From positions 1 through 61,910 of the forward strand of contig JAGGXK010000099.1 of the NCBI GenBank assembly GCA_021163115.1: DNA of 61,910 nt. Direction: 5' to 3'. The stretch comes from Desulfurococcales archaeon. GTDB taxonomy: Archaea; Thermoproteota; Thermoprotei_A; Sulfolobales; Desulfurococcaceae. A program made the translations under genes and the position numbers. Under the pieces are notes generated by a model. That model was not told where the DNA came from, made no database searches, and saw nothing but the letters and a program-made list of their open reading frames with translations. How positions within the stretch are numbered: position 1 is the stretch's first letter; the number at the start of each line of letters is the position of its first letter. Of the stretch, positions 30,163 to 40,746 are shown one piece after another.

Positions 30163-31053
30163 CTACAGTGAAATGATAAGGCCAAGCATATTGTATGGTC
30201 TAATATTCTCAATTGCTGAAAATGAGTCTACATTAATAATCCTTAACTCTCTTTTCAACACGTTCCATATTTTTTCAAAACCATGATAATGACTTCTAGT
30301 TGGGTGTGCATGAATAATCTCCACTTTCTCAAAGAGTCTAGTTTCTAAAGTTATCATAATATTTCTAATAAAAGGATTAATTACAAGAACACCATCTCTC
30401 CTCAATAAATTAAGGAATTTATCTAAGTAGATACTTGTCTGGAAATTATAGAATATTACATCATAGGGGCCTTTAAATATAGGTGTTGGGCCAACATTGT
30501 TTATTCCAATCTTCTTTAATAAGTGGATCCTTGGCCGTGAGAGGGTAAATACGTCTGTCTCTAGGGAGCTTTCTCTAGATAGTATTGCAGCTAAAAAGCC
30601 TGTTAACCCAGCCCCTATGATAAGTAATCGTTGATCTTTTGAGAGTTCTGCAACCTTGTTTGCAACGGCTACATAGTATCCAATAGAGTACATGGGATGT
30701 TTTTTCTCGACAATTAATGCAATAGTATCTTCAGGTATAGCAACATGTTTTGCCAGCAATCCATTGATTTCAATACCTAAGATCCCCTTCTTTGAGATAG
30801 GTGATATAATAGCTAGTAAGCCGGAGAGATCAGGCCTTGCTCCATAGCCTGGCTCCAGTATCCTAACTAATCCGGTGGAACCAGGTATGATGGGGGGTTT
30901 GAAGGGTATATATCCATTTACTAGTGCATTCAAGGTATTATCAATTACAACATAAAGTGGTTTAACAAGATAGTATCCTCTCTCTAGAGGGGGATAACCC
31001 TTTTCTACAGCCTTTGTTTCGTCCCCAACAAGCTCTATTGTATCAAAGGCCAA
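30163..31053 (-). CDS. MDR (alcohol dehydrogenase-like) superfamily protein lacking obvious zinc ligands
   Basis: GroES-like N-terminal half, then Rossmann motif LLIIGAGLTGFLAA. I see no catalytic Cys/His pattern. Confidence 0.4.
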   Translation of the reverse strand: MAFDTIELVGDETKAVEKGYPPLERGYYLVKPLYVVIDNTLNALVNGYIPFKPPIIPGSTGLVRILEPGYGARPDLSGLLAIISPISKKGILGIEINGLLAKHVAIPEDTIALIVEKKHPMYSIGYYVAVANKVAELSKDQRLLIIGAGLTGFLAAILSRESSLETDVFTLSRPRIHLLKKIGINNVGPTPIFKGPYDVIFYNFQTSIYLDKFLNLLRRDGVLVINPFIRNIMITLETRLFEKVEIIHAHPTRSHYHGFEKIWNVLKRELRIINVDSFSAIENIRPYNMLGLIISL

Positions 31054-31099
31054 TTTATGTTCCCCACCCTTATTAATCAGTATACACCACTATACTATA

Positions 31100-31480
31100 A
31101 TGGTTATTCCTGTAGGTGGAATAAAATTGGATTATCCAAGTATTGTCCACTGGATTAGCAAAGATGCTAGATATAGAATTATAGAAATAATGCTTTCTAC
31201 TAGGAGTATTAGACAGTTGGCTAGAGAACTTGGTGTTTCACCAACAGCTATAAACAAGTATCTATTAAGGAAAACCCATCCAAGCGATCAAGTGATTTCT
31301 CGCGCATTATCTAGATTGACAGAGTATGAGCGTAGAAGAATATATGAGGTAATTATAGATGATCTAATAAATGCCTTAGGCAAGCTTGTTGCTGTGGTCA
31401 AGGATTATGGGGATAAACATGTTATTAATTATCTAAAGGATAGAATATTAGAGGTTATAGAGGAGCTTGGGTATGGGTGA
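31100..31480 (+). CDS. helix-turn-helix protein
   Basis: STRSIRQLARELGVSPTAINKYL is a classic HTH segment. Confidence 0.55.
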   Translation: MVIPVGGIKLDYPSIVHWISKDARYRIIEIMLSTRSIRQLARELGVSPTAINKYLLRKTHPSDQVISRALSRLTEYERRRIYEVIIDDLINALGKLVAVVKDYGDKHVINYLKDRILEVIEELGYG

Positions 31481-31859
31481 AAAGCCTTTTCTTGCAAACG
31501 GGAGTATTGTAGAAGACTATAGGTTATTGATAACGTATTGGAGACGGGCTAAGGAAAAGTCAAGGGATCTTGCAGAAAAAGCTATTCTTTCAAACAATGA
31601 TTTCGCCTATCTTAAAGATAGGATTAGTTTTTTTATTGGGAGACCTATTGAGGAACTAATAAGTGATCTAAAACATTATATGTTAGATAGAGTTGACCCT
31701 ATAGTTGCTGTTGAAGCGTTTCGCGAAGTTTATGGTATAGAAGTAGAGCCTAGTTTAGCTAGAGAGAAGATTGCAGAAATTCTTGCTGGCTGGCTTATAG
31801 AAGCTGGGAAGAGATTAAAGATCCTGAGTTATAGGGGTTGGAGGAGAAGTAGCATCTAG
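31467..31859 (+). CDS. hypothetical protein
   Basis: 130-aa ORF overlapping the upstream HTH gene by 14 nt. Confidence 0.45.
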   Translation: MGMGEKPFLANGSIVEDYRLLITYWRRAKEKSRDLAEKAILSNNDFAYLKDRISFFIGRPIEELISDLKHYMLDRVDPIVAVEAFREVYGIEVEPSLAREKIAEILAGWLIEAGKRLKILSYRGWRRSSI

Positions 31860-32159
31860 AGTTATAACTACAGTATTTTCCATATCTTTAGAACTAATTA
31901 CTGTTAAAACTTCCTCTGCATTATTAGCTATAATTAGTACTCCCTCTCTCTTACTAATCTCCTTAATAAGTAAAGGGAGTAATTCGTTTGCAACTACTAT
32001 GCCTCCTTTAACCGTGGAAATGCATAATACTTGATCACATAGTTTAATATATCTTATATACTCTCTAACCTTATTGATATTATTTAGTATACTACAGTCT
32101 AGGGTTGATGCAATAACTTTGATACAATGGTTTTGATGCCTATGTCTGAAGATGTTCAT
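31815..32159 (-). CDS. hypothetical protein
   Basis: It is the only ORF covering 31860-32126. It overlaps both flanking plus-strand ORFs, so its start and theirs are uncertain. Confidence 0.35.
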   Translation of the reverse strand: MNIFRHRHQNHCIKVIASTLDCSILNNINKVREYIRYIKLCDQVLCISTVKGGIVVANELLPLLIKEISKREGVLIIANNAEEVLTVISSKDMENTVVITLDATSPPTPITQDL

Positions 32160-32447
32160 ATGCTCACCCTAGATATGCTTAACATGATCCTCGATGATCT
32201 TCTTAGAGAGGCTAGGATGAGGTGGAAGGAGGTATATATTGATAGAGTAAAGGTTTCTAAGTCTAAGGTATTCATTTATATGAGTATAGAGGGAACAAAT
32301 ATTAAAGCTATAATATACCGTAACAGGATCAAGGTAAGGGTCTACTGTAGACTAAAGGGTATGTCAATATCGCTTCAAAGAATGCTTGAAAGAATATATA
32401 AGAGAACTGTGAGGCGCTGGAAAGGTGTCTGGGAGGAATCCATATAA
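32127..32447 (+). CDS. hypothetical basic protein
   Basis: 106-aa ORF. Alternative ATG starts at 32136, 32142 and 32160. Confidence 0.4.
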   Translation: MVLMPMSEDVHMLTLDMLNMILDDLLREARMRWKEVYIDRVKVSKSKVFIYMSIEGTNIKAIIYRNRIKVRVYCRLKGMSISLQRMLERIYKRTVRRWKGVWEESI

Positions 32448-33150
32448 GAAAAGAATTAGGATAATAGTAGATATCCTAGGAGATGTTCTTGGTAGGAAAA
32501 ACATTGATAGAGAAAAACTTATTGATATAGTAAAGGAGGTTTATGAAAGGAACAAGTTAGAGCCTCTTAGAGGAAAAGCTTTCCCTCAGGACATTTATGA
32601 TAAAGAACTTGCTAGCTTATATGTTATAGCAAAATATGGCTTAGGGCTAGATTCCGATTATCCAGACCACTTTAACAAATTGTTTAGCAAAGAAATAATG
32701 TTCGAAGAAGCTTTAGAAAATCTCTTAGAAAAACGATATAGTGAAACAAAGGAGATCCTCTTAAAGATCTCTAAGACAGAGAGTATTGATAGCAACACTA
32801 TTGCTCGCATGCTCCGCATTATCTTTACAAAGATAATTCTCGGGTTTGAAGACGAGGATGTTCTGATAGATATACTAAAGAAGGTAAAAGAAGCCTTTCC
32901 CAGTGAAGAAAGAACTGTTAGGAACTATGTACGATTCTATATAGCCTTTAAGACTGCAGAAGAAATTGCTAGAGGGAATATAAGGAATAAGGTTATGAAG
33001 GAGGCATATAAGCAAGCTCTATCTGTTAGACTAGGATTTGAAAAAGTTGTTCCCAGTGATGAGTATATAAAGGAAATTGCTTCTAAGGTATTTAGGGTTC
33101 CACAGCATATACTTGATAAAATACTTACAGCAAAAGAAAAGGAGCAATAA
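32425..33150 (+). CDS. hypothetical helical protein (possibly a conserved archaeal DUF)
   Basis: 241-aa ORF overlapping the upstream ORF by 23 nt. No catalytic motif recognised. Confidence 0.5.
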   Translation: MSGRNPYKKRIRIIVDILGDVLGRKNIDREKLIDIVKEVYERNKLEPLRGKAFPQDIYDKELASLYVIAKYGLGLDSDYPDHFNKLFSKEIMFEEALENLLEKRYSETKEILLKISKTESIDSNTIARMLRIIFTKIILGFEDEDVLIDILKKVKEAFPSEERTVRNYVRFYIAFKTAEEIARGNIRNKVMKEAYKQALSVRLGFEKVVPSDEYIKEIASKVFRVPQHILDKILTAKEKEQ

Positions 33151-33159
33151 TTGTAAATC

Positions 33160-35802
33160 TTATGTTGTTTTCCCCTTTCTCACAGCTCTAATATATCGCA
33201 TTACCTGTTCATGTAATCTCATTAATAACTTCCTCTTATCTTCCATTAATACTACATCACTGTACCCGTGGGCAACAATGTTGTGGGCAAACGGGCTTGG
33301 TATACGTGTCGGTCCAAATACTTTTATCTCTATCAATTCTTCATGGATTTGTTTAAGAATCTTCTTGGCAGCATCTATATGCATGTAGTCCTCTAGGATT
33401 TCTCTAAAAGTCTCCTTTAGAATAGGGAATCCAGGGATCTCTTCAACAACCTTTAAGAGTTCTTCAGCATTTAATTGTAGTTTTTGTACACTTCTCTCGC
33501 GATCCTTGTATCTCCTTAAAATCATAAATGATCTTTCTCCACAGTGCCTAAACCTTCTCTTTAGGAGCTCTGTTCTTCTTAGAACCCGTCTTAGTATCTC
33601 ATCTATGTTCTCTGGTGTAACTTTCTTGAATAATGAGGTCCAATCGGCACTAGGATGACCTGGTAGTGTAAGCATAAAACCGTTGTCAGTTACAGTAATT
33701 CTTACATTAACTCCTAGTTCATTAGATACTATATACGCATATGCTCTTGATAATGCAGCATTAACTCTTCTACCAACAAGTGTATGTACAATAATATTTC
33801 TTCTATCGTGTTCATCATATATTTCTATAAGTATTAGCTTATCAGACGGCACTAGGTTACCTGTAAACAGTTTCTGTTCGTAAATATAATCGTATATGCT
33901 TTCAGCAGCATGAGGTTTGAGATTATATTGTCTAGTAAGGAACTTTACAACTCTTTTTCTAGAATATTTATCTATCATCTCTGAAATTACTCTCCTAAAC
34001 CTAGCTATCTCTAAAGCTGAGTCAAAAGCTAGTGGAAGCATTTCACTAAACCAACTGGGTACCGTAGGTCTTGACCCGTCAGCTGGCTTTACATATACCC
34101 TGAATCCGCGGCTTCTTATAAACTCATATACTCTTCCACCAAGCACAAATAAGTCTCCTGGAGTAAGGTATTCTACGAACTCCTCCTCCAGATCGCCAAC
34201 ATATTTTCCATCTATTGTGAAAACATAAGCTTTGCTTTCATCAGGTATTGTCCCTATGTTTAAGAAATAGATCATTCTAGCTCCTCTCTTTCTTCCAAAC
34301 AACCCCTCTTCTTCATCAAGCCATATCTTGGAATAAACCCTCATGTGCTCAAGATAGTTTGAGTAGTGTCCTGCAAGGTATCTAAGTGTATTAATGTAGT
34401 CATCCCAGCTTAGTGTATGGAATGTATAGCTCCGCCTAATAACACGGTATGCTTCATCAATACGCCACTTTTTCTCCAAAGCCATGCCAACAAGATGCTG
34501 AGCTAGTACATCAAGAGGGTTCCGGGGTATCCGGACCCTATCTATTTTCCTATCAAGAGCTGCTCTTGCAAGTACTGTGCATTCAACAAGATCGTCTCTA
34601 TCAACAACAATTATTCTGCCCTTACTAATCTGCCTTATATGGTGTCCAGCCCTACCTATTCTCTGGAGAAGTCTACTAACACTCTTAGGACTACTAAGGA
34701 GGACTACTAGATCGATATAGCCTATGTCGATCCCGAGCTCTAAACTGGTTGAACTCACAATAACTCTTAATTCACCACGTTTAAGTTTTCCCTCGATCTC
34801 TAGTCTAAGGTCCCTACTAAGGCTGCTATGGTGTGCCTCAATCTCGTCTACGTCAATAATTTTCTCCTTCTCCATAATCTTCCTTAGCTTATATACCACT
34901 CTCTCTGTAGCACTTCTTGTATTAGTAAAGACGAGTGTTGTCCTATGCTTCTTGACAAGATCTATTAATGTATTATATATAGCAGTGTTTATTTCTTCGG
35001 CAGAAGCGTGTACAAGATCTTTTACTGGACTAAGAACCCTTATATCGGTTGGTTTAGAGAAGCGTGCATCAACTATATAGCAGTCTCTAGGCAATCCATT
35101 ATCGTTGTAGCCTACAAGAAACTTTGCCACTTCTTCTAGAGGAGCTATTGTTGCACTCAGCCCTATTCTTATCAATGGGGTGCCAACAAGGTTTTCTAGG
35201 CGTTCAACACTAAGGCTTAGATGACTTCCTCTCTTACTGCTAGCCATTTCATGGATCTCATCTATTATTATATACTTTGTAGTTCTAAGTCTCTCCCTAA
35301 ATCTAGGGGCGTTCAAAGCTATTGCAAGACTCTCTGGAGTAGTTATTAGTATATGCGGGGGTTCCCGAAGCATTCTCTGCTTCTCTGAGGGAGTTGTATC
35401 ACTGGTTCTTACAGCAACCTTGATTAATGGAAGCTCTAAACCATGTTTTTTAGCAATCTCCATGATACCCTTAATAGGTATAAGGAGATTGCGGCGCATA
35501 TCATTATTTAAAGCTCTCAACGGACTAACGTATGCTACCTGAATACCCTCAGGAAGCTCGCCATTATCCTCATAGTATTCATAGAGATTATCTATTATAC
35601 CTAGAAACACAGCTAGGGTCTTCCCTGTGCCTGTGGGGGAAGATATAAGCACGTTGTATCCTTTCTTTATAAGGGGCAGGGCCATTCTCTGGGGTGGTGT
35701 AAAGTGTTGATAAGTCTTCTTAAACCATTCTCTAACATATGGTCTAAGCATGCCATAGATTTCTTCATCACTATACTCTCTAGTAGCCAATAGTATTGCC
35801 AT
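33160..35802 (-). CDS. lhr: Lhr-type (Lhr-core) ATP-dependent DEAD/DEAH-box helicase
   Basis: SPTGTGKT (motif I), DEIH (II), SAT (III), QRIGRAGH (VI), plus a ~400-aa C-terminal extension as in Lhr/DEAD_assoc proteins. Confidence 0.85.
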   Translation of the reverse strand: MAILLATREYSDEEIYGMLRPYVREWFKKTYQHFTPPQRMALPLIKKGYNVLISSPTGTGKTLAVFLGIIDNLYEYYEDNGELPEGIQVAYVSPLRALNNDMRRNLLIPIKGIMEIAKKHGLELPLIKVAVRTSDTTPSEKQRMLREPPHILITTPESLAIALNAPRFRERLRTTKYIIIDEIHEMASSKRGSHLSLSVERLENLVGTPLIRIGLSATIAPLEEVAKFLVGYNDNGLPRDCYIVDARFSKPTDIRVLSPVKDLVHASAEEINTAIYNTLIDLVKKHRTTLVFTNTRSATERVVYKLRKIMEKEKIIDVDEIEAHHSSLSRDLRLEIEGKLKRGELRVIVSSTSLELGIDIGYIDLVVLLSSPKSVSRLLQRIGRAGHHIRQISKGRIIVVDRDDLVECTVLARAALDRKIDRVRIPRNPLDVLAQHLVGMALEKKWRIDEAYRVIRRSYTFHTLSWDDYINTLRYLAGHYSNYLEHMRVYSKIWLDEEEGLFGRKRGARMIYFLNIGTIPDESKAYVFTIDGKYVGDLEEEFVEYLTPGDLFVLGGRVYEFIRSRGFRVYVKPADGSRPTVPSWFSEMLPLAFDSALEIARFRRVISEMIDKYSRKRVVKFLTRQYNLKPHAAESIYDYIYEQKLFTGNLVPSDKLILIEIYDEHDRRNIIVHTLVGRRVNAALSRAYAYIVSNELGVNVRITVTDNGFMLTLPGHPSADWTSLFKKVTPENIDEILRRVLRRTELLKRRFRHCGERSFMILRRYKDRERSVQKLQLNAEELLKVVEEIPGFPILKETFREILEDYMHIDAAKKILKQIHEELIEIKVFGPTRIPSPFAHNIVAHGYSDVVLMEDKRKLLMRLHEQVMRYIRAVRKGKTT

Positions 35803-35840
35803 ATATCCTTTTCCTCAGTAACAGGATTATGTAGTGGAAA

Positions 35841-37262
35841 CTATTTGAACAGTATGTCTCTTGGCCACCTAATAAATGTGTATAGAAAACCTAGGCTATA
35901 ACTAAGCATCCAGAACCCTGTATAAACAATACCCTGTGTTATAAAAAGTATTGATAACATAAAGATAATTATTCCTAGAACAAGCTCAATAGGCATACGT
36001 AGTCCAGACCATATACTCTCCTGCCCCCTCTTTGGTGTACGTTTATACCTTATCTTAATCCTTAGTAGTGCTTTAAATATTGCCTTTGAAACCACAGGGG
36101 TTAATGCAAGTGTGGTAGCGGAAATTCTTCCAAGATTTACAAGAGCTCTCCAGTAGCTGGTTCCTCTCTCACGCTGGCTGGATAAATAGGAATAGCTATA
36201 GAAACATGCTATAACAACCCATATAATGCCTAGAAACCAATATTTTAGGAAAACATCTATGTTATAAAATAAACCAGCTATAGCTATAAGGACTAAACCA
36301 ATAAACCCTAGGAGAAGGGGCATGTACTGTAGGAGAAAGGATAGAGCCTCTATTCTCGCATATAATGGTTGTTTAGAAAATAGTATATCAGTAAACCTAG
36401 CCAAAGCGACATCTGTAGCTCCATAAGCCCATCTTTCTTGCTGGATCCTAAAAGACTTAAATGTTCTTGGGACTTCAACTTCTACATATTCTTCATCAAT
36501 ATAGAGTACTCTCCCTCCAAGCTTCATTATTCTAGCCCCAATCTCCATGTCATCCTGGATCCTTTCTTCATCCCACTCTCTTAATGTTGCCTTTAAATAA
36601 GTGGAATCATATAGTGTCCCGGTACCTACAGGGAATACTGGAAGACCAAGCCTTGATCTACCTCTATATATTGCATCAACAATATAATCCATAGAAGCTG
36701 ATATAGCCTCACTAAGCCTTGTATCTCTATTCCTCCCTTTCCATCTAGCAACAACAGCTACAGCTCCTTCATTTACGAGTTTAACAGCTTTAGCGAAGAA
36801 GTCTTTAGAGATCCTGCTATCAACATCCATGACATAGATGTATTTACCACGTGAAATAGATAATGCATCATTTAATGCTCCAGTTCTATATCCACGTGGA
36901 TATTCCCGCCATATAAAGGAGATGTTAAGGCCTCTCTCCTTCCACTTCAAGATAATATCCTTTATCTCTTCAATTCTATCCCTTGGATCATCTGAAACAA
37001 CTATGGCCTCTATACTATAGTATTTCCCTAGTTCATAGATGTATCTAAGAGCTTCATCCAGGAGTTCAAGAGGCTCCATTCTAACAGGTATAATAATGGA
37101 TATAAGTCCCTCTATTGAACCGTCTCCATAGTTATATCCTTCCTTCCTTCTTCCAACAATATAGAATATGCTCTGGAGGAGAAGCAAAGCCATAGATGGT
37201 AGTATAACCAGTATTATCCCCAGCAAGCCAACTAGTTCATTCATGGTGCACCAGCTTCGCAT
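35841..37262 (-). CDS. membrane GT2 glycosyltransferase with QxxRW motif (processive synthase-like)
   Basis: IIIPVRMEP, VVSDDP, VMDVDS (DxD) and RIQQERWAYG (Q(Q/R)xRW), with TM segments flanking the catalytic domain. Confidence 0.8.
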   Translation of the reverse strand: MRSWCTMNELVGLLGIILVILPSMALLLLQSIFYIVGRRKEGYNYGDGSIEGLISIIIPVRMEPLELLDEALRYIYELGKYYSIEAIVVSDDPRDRIEEIKDIILKWKERGLNISFIWREYPRGYRTGALNDALSISRGKYIYVMDVDSRISKDFFAKAVKLVNEGAVAVVARWKGRNRDTRLSEAISASMDYIVDAIYRGRSRLGLPVFPVGTGTLYDSTYLKATLREWDEERIQDDMEIGARIMKLGGRVLYIDEEYVEVEVPRTFKSFRIQQERWAYGATDVALARFTDILFSKQPLYARIEALSFLLQYMPLLLGFIGLVLIAIAGLFYNIDVFLKYWFLGIIWVVIACFYSYSYLSSQRERGTSYWRALVNLGRISATTLALTPVVSKAIFKALLRIKIRYKRTPKRGQESIWSGLRMPIELVLGIIIFMLSILFITQGIVYTGFWMLSYSLGFLYTFIRWPRDILFK

Positions 37263-37296
37263 AGTATTTTAGCTTGCCTCAGCATCTATAATCTCG

Positions 37297-38685
37297 GTGT
37301 ATTGGTATATGGAAGACCTTTTATATAAAGCAATTAGCTACGGTAGAGAACTTGGGCTAGAGTTTATTGATATAAGGATTGATGACTACACAATTAACTC
37401 TATAACTATAAGGGATTCAGCAGTAACATCATCATCTATAAACGTTAAGGGAGCTAGTATAAGGGTTTTAAGTGAAGGCGTGATAGGTTTTGCTGCAACA
37501 GGTATTGTTAATAAAGATAGTTTAAAACGAGCCATAGATTCAGCTTATAGGCAGGTAAAGGCTTTCAAGGGTCTTACGGAGAAGATGGGGGTTTATACTG
37601 TTAGTAGTAGACATGATGTTGTAAAGGAAAAACCCATTGTTGATCCAAGGGATGTAGGATTTGATGTAAAGATCTCTGATCTAAGTGAGTTAAGGGATCT
37701 TATAAGTAAGCTTGATAGCAGAATAAAGGCTACAACAATTAACTATGCAGATATTGCTGGTAGGAAATACTATATATCAAGTGAAGACAGGTATATTGAG
37801 CAAGATATGTACTATACATGGCTCTATATCTGGGTATCTGCAAGGGAAGCAGACATACTTGCATCGGCACGCCTTGAAACAGGTACTCGCCAAGGGTATG
37901 CATTGTTTAAGAAGTATGGTATAGAGGATATTGCAAAAAAGATTGTTGGTAGGGTTGAAAAACAGTTTAGAGCTAAAACACCACGGGGAGGATCCTTCCC
38001 AGTTATTCTTGCACCAGAGGTTGTTGGAGTATTTACTCATGAAGCCTTTGGGCATCTAGCGGAAGCTGACTTAACATTGTCTGGTAGCATACTCAGGGAT
38101 AAGGTTGGTAAAAAAGTTGCTAGCAAGCTAGTAACCATAGTCGATGATCCATTGATCCCGGATGCCTTTGGTACATTCAAATATGATGATGAAGGTATTG
38201 AAGCATATCCTGTAACTATTGTTGAAAAAGGTATACTTAAACAACTCATGACCGATAGAATATATGCCAGTATCACTAACTCTAAGCCAACAGGTAATGC
38301 TAGGGCCCAAGACTATAATGTCCCGCCACTTATCCGTATGAGAACAACCTATATAAAACCAGGCGACATGTCTATTGAAGAACTTTTCGAGGGCATAGAC
38401 TTTGGATACTATGTTGTAAGCTTTAGAGGGGGGCAAGCAAACCTTGATGGAACATTTCAAGTGGGTATCCAGGAGGCCTATGAGATCGTTAATGGGGAAA
38501 TAGGCGATCCTGTGAGGAACATGAGCATTAGTGGAAACACTATTGAAACCCTACATAACGTGACAGGTGTTGCAAAAGACTTTGAAATAGGTTATGGTAG
38601 ATGTGGTAAGGGCCAGACAGTCTATGTTTCTGATGGAGGACCGCATATCCGGGTTGAAAAATTAATGGTGGGTGGTAGGGCATGA
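37297..38685 (+). CDS. tldD: TldD-family metalloprotease
   Basis: HEAFGHLAEAD (HExxxH) and PmbA_TldD fold length. GTG start. Confidence 0.9.
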   Translation: MYWYMEDLLYKAISYGRELGLEFIDIRIDDYTINSITIRDSAVTSSSINVKGASIRVLSEGVIGFAATGIVNKDSLKRAIDSAYRQVKAFKGLTEKMGVYTVSSRHDVVKEKPIVDPRDVGFDVKISDLSELRDLISKLDSRIKATTINYADIAGRKYYISSEDRYIEQDMYYTWLYIWVSAREADILASARLETGTRQGYALFKKYGIEDIAKKIVGRVEKQFRAKTPRGGSFPVILAPEVVGVFTHEAFGHLAEADLTLSGSILRDKVGKKVASKLVTIVDDPLIPDAFGTFKYDDEGIEAYPVTIVEKGILKQLMTDRIYASITNSKPTGNARAQDYNVPPLIRMRTTYIKPGDMSIEELFEGIDFGYYVVSFRGGQANLDGTFQVGIQEAYEIVNGEIGDPVRNMSISGNTIETLHNVTGVAKDFEIGYGRCGKGQTVYVSDGGPHIRVEKLMVGGRA

Positions 38686-40034
38686 GTAGTGAAGAATTAA
38701 ATATATATGATGCAGGGCTCCTGCTTGTTAAAAAAGCTGTACAGAATGGAGCAGATGAAGCTGAAGCATACCTAGTTAAATCAAGAAATTATATCATCAG
38801 AGCTAATAACAATAGAATAGTAGGTACAATGTACACAGAGGAGTATGGTATAGGGTTAAGGGTTTCTATAGGTAATAAAATAGGCTATGCATCTACTAAC
38901 AGGTTTGCTATAAAATCTATTAACGAACTTGTTGAGAATGCTCTTAGTATTGCAAGAGCTGGTAAGGATGATCCATATTGGCACGGCCTCCCACTACCAA
39001 GTGAGTACAAAGTCCCTCAAGGGATCTATAGCATAGATCTGGCTAGGATTGATGAGGAAACACTATCAGAACACACTAGGGTATTCTTGGATACCTTACT
39101 TGAAGATGAAAGGATAGTCCTTGTTTATGGAGATATAGGTGTTAGCATAAACTCTACCGCGGTTATAAATAGTAATGGTGTAGCTGGTATAGAACATTCT
39201 ACCATAGCTTTTGCTGATGTAGGAGTAGTTGCGAGTAGTGGTAGTGATGTAACACCTCTGGTTTATGATGTAGTGGCCTCTAGGATTCAAATGCCTAACA
39301 TGGAGTTCTTTGCCAGACAACTCAGAGATACTGCTATAGCCCAGTTAAAACCTATTAAGATAGAACCTGGTAAATTACCAGTTATATTACATCCACTAGC
39401 TATTGAAGAATTATTCACCTACACTCTAGTAGATGCTATTAAGGGAGACAGCGTTGTAAGAGGGAGAAGCTTCCTCGCAGGAAAGGAGGGTGAGAAAGTA
39501 TTCTCCGAGAAACTCTCAATTATAGATGATGGATTGCTAAAACAAGGATGGTATACAGGAATCTTTGATGACGAGGGAGTACCAATGCAGAAAACAATCA
39601 TTATAAACAGAGGTGTTGTAAAGAACTATCTGTTTGATCACTACTGGGGATCCAGGTATGGCTTAGATAGCACTGGGAATGCATCTAGAATAAGTTATAG
39701 AACAACTCCTGTAATCACTCCAACAAATCTTGTAATAAAACCAGGTGATATAGCTAATCATGAAATTCTTGAGGAAACAAAGAAAGGATTGTATGTAATG
39801 GGTTTACAGGGTGCCCATAGCAGTAACCCTGAAACAGGAGAATATAGTGTTGTAGTAACACCAGCATGGTATGTAGAAAATGGCGAATTAAAACCAATTA
39901 GAGGGGTCATGATATCTGGGAACATATATAGTGAGCTGGCAAGACTAGAGTATGTAGGAAAAGAAGTTATCCAAAAAGGACATATAATAGCTCCTTATAT
40001 CAGGCTTGAAGACATTAGGGTTGTATCGAAATAA
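38682..40034 (+). CDS. pmbA: PmbA/TldE-family protein
   Basis: Paralogous to the upstream TldD but lacks HExxxH. There is an ATGA start/stop overlap. Confidence 0.8.
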   Translation: MSSEELNIYDAGLLLVKKAVQNGADEAEAYLVKSRNYIIRANNNRIVGTMYTEEYGIGLRVSIGNKIGYASTNRFAIKSINELVENALSIARAGKDDPYWHGLPLPSEYKVPQGIYSIDLARIDEETLSEHTRVFLDTLLEDERIVLVYGDIGVSINSTAVINSNGVAGIEHSTIAFADVGVVASSGSDVTPLVYDVVASRIQMPNMEFFARQLRDTAIAQLKPIKIEPGKLPVILHPLAIEELFTYTLVDAIKGDSVVRGRSFLAGKEGEKVFSEKLSIIDDGLLKQGWYTGIFDDEGVPMQKTIIINRGVVKNYLFDHYWGSRYGLDSTGNASRISYRTTPVITPTNLVIKPGDIANHEILEETKKGLYVMGLQGAHSSNPETGEYSVVVTPAWYVENGELKPIRGVMISGNIYSELARLEYVGKEVIQKGHIIAPYIRLEDIRVVSK

Positions 40035-40075
40035 GAATATTTTTCCTCTAAAACATAGTATAGTTAGGGTATAGT

Positions 40076-40738
40076 ATGGTGAAGATAACCTGGTTAGGCC
40101 ATGCATGTTTCTTAATAGAACTCAGTAATGGATACAAGATTGTTATTGACCCCCATGATGGCCGTAGCATTGGTTTGCCAAAACCTAGTGTTAAAGCAGA
40201 TCTAGTGCTTGTAACCCATGATCACTTTGATCATAATGCTATAGACATTGTAAGAAAAGAGGATACACGTGTAATAAAAAGTCTCCGTGGGGATGCTCAT
40301 GTAGATGATATCTTGATCAAAGGTATTCGAACATATCATGACAAAGAAGGGGGAAGGAGGAGGGGGGAGAACACCATATATATCATAGATGTAGAGGGGT
40401 ATAAAATAGCTCATTTAGGGGATCTAGGGCATAAGCCTATGGAACAACTGGATCTATTAAAGGATGTTGATGTATTAATGACACCAATAGGTGGAGTATA
40501 TACTATAGGACCTGATGAAGTATGGGATCTTATAGATAAAATAAAGCCACCAATAACAATTCCTATGCATTACTGGGTAAGGGGATTAACTCTCCCACTA
40601 TTTACAATAGATGATTTCCTAGCATATGTTAAGAAAATAAAGGTTACAAGAATTGAGTCAAACAAGTTTACTTTAGAAGATGTTATTGACAGGAATATTC
40701 CCCAAATAATTGTCCTAAAATCTCCTACAGGGAAGTGA
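40076..40738 (+). CDS. MBL-fold metallo-hydrolase
   Basis: LVTHDHFDH (HxHxDH) and later conserved His/Asp positions. Confidence 0.8.
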   Translation: MVKITWLGHACFLIELSNGYKIVIDPHDGRSIGLPKPSVKADLVLVTHDHFDHNAIDIVRKEDTRVIKSLRGDAHVDDILIKGIRTYHDKEGGRRRGENTIYIIDVEGYKIAHLGDLGHKPMEQLDLLKDVDVLMTPIGGVYTIGPDEVWDLIDKIKPPITIPMHYWVRGLTLPLFTIDDFLAYVKKIKVTRIESNKFTLEDVIDRNIPQIIVLKSPTGK

Positions 40739-40746
40739 TGTAGTTA

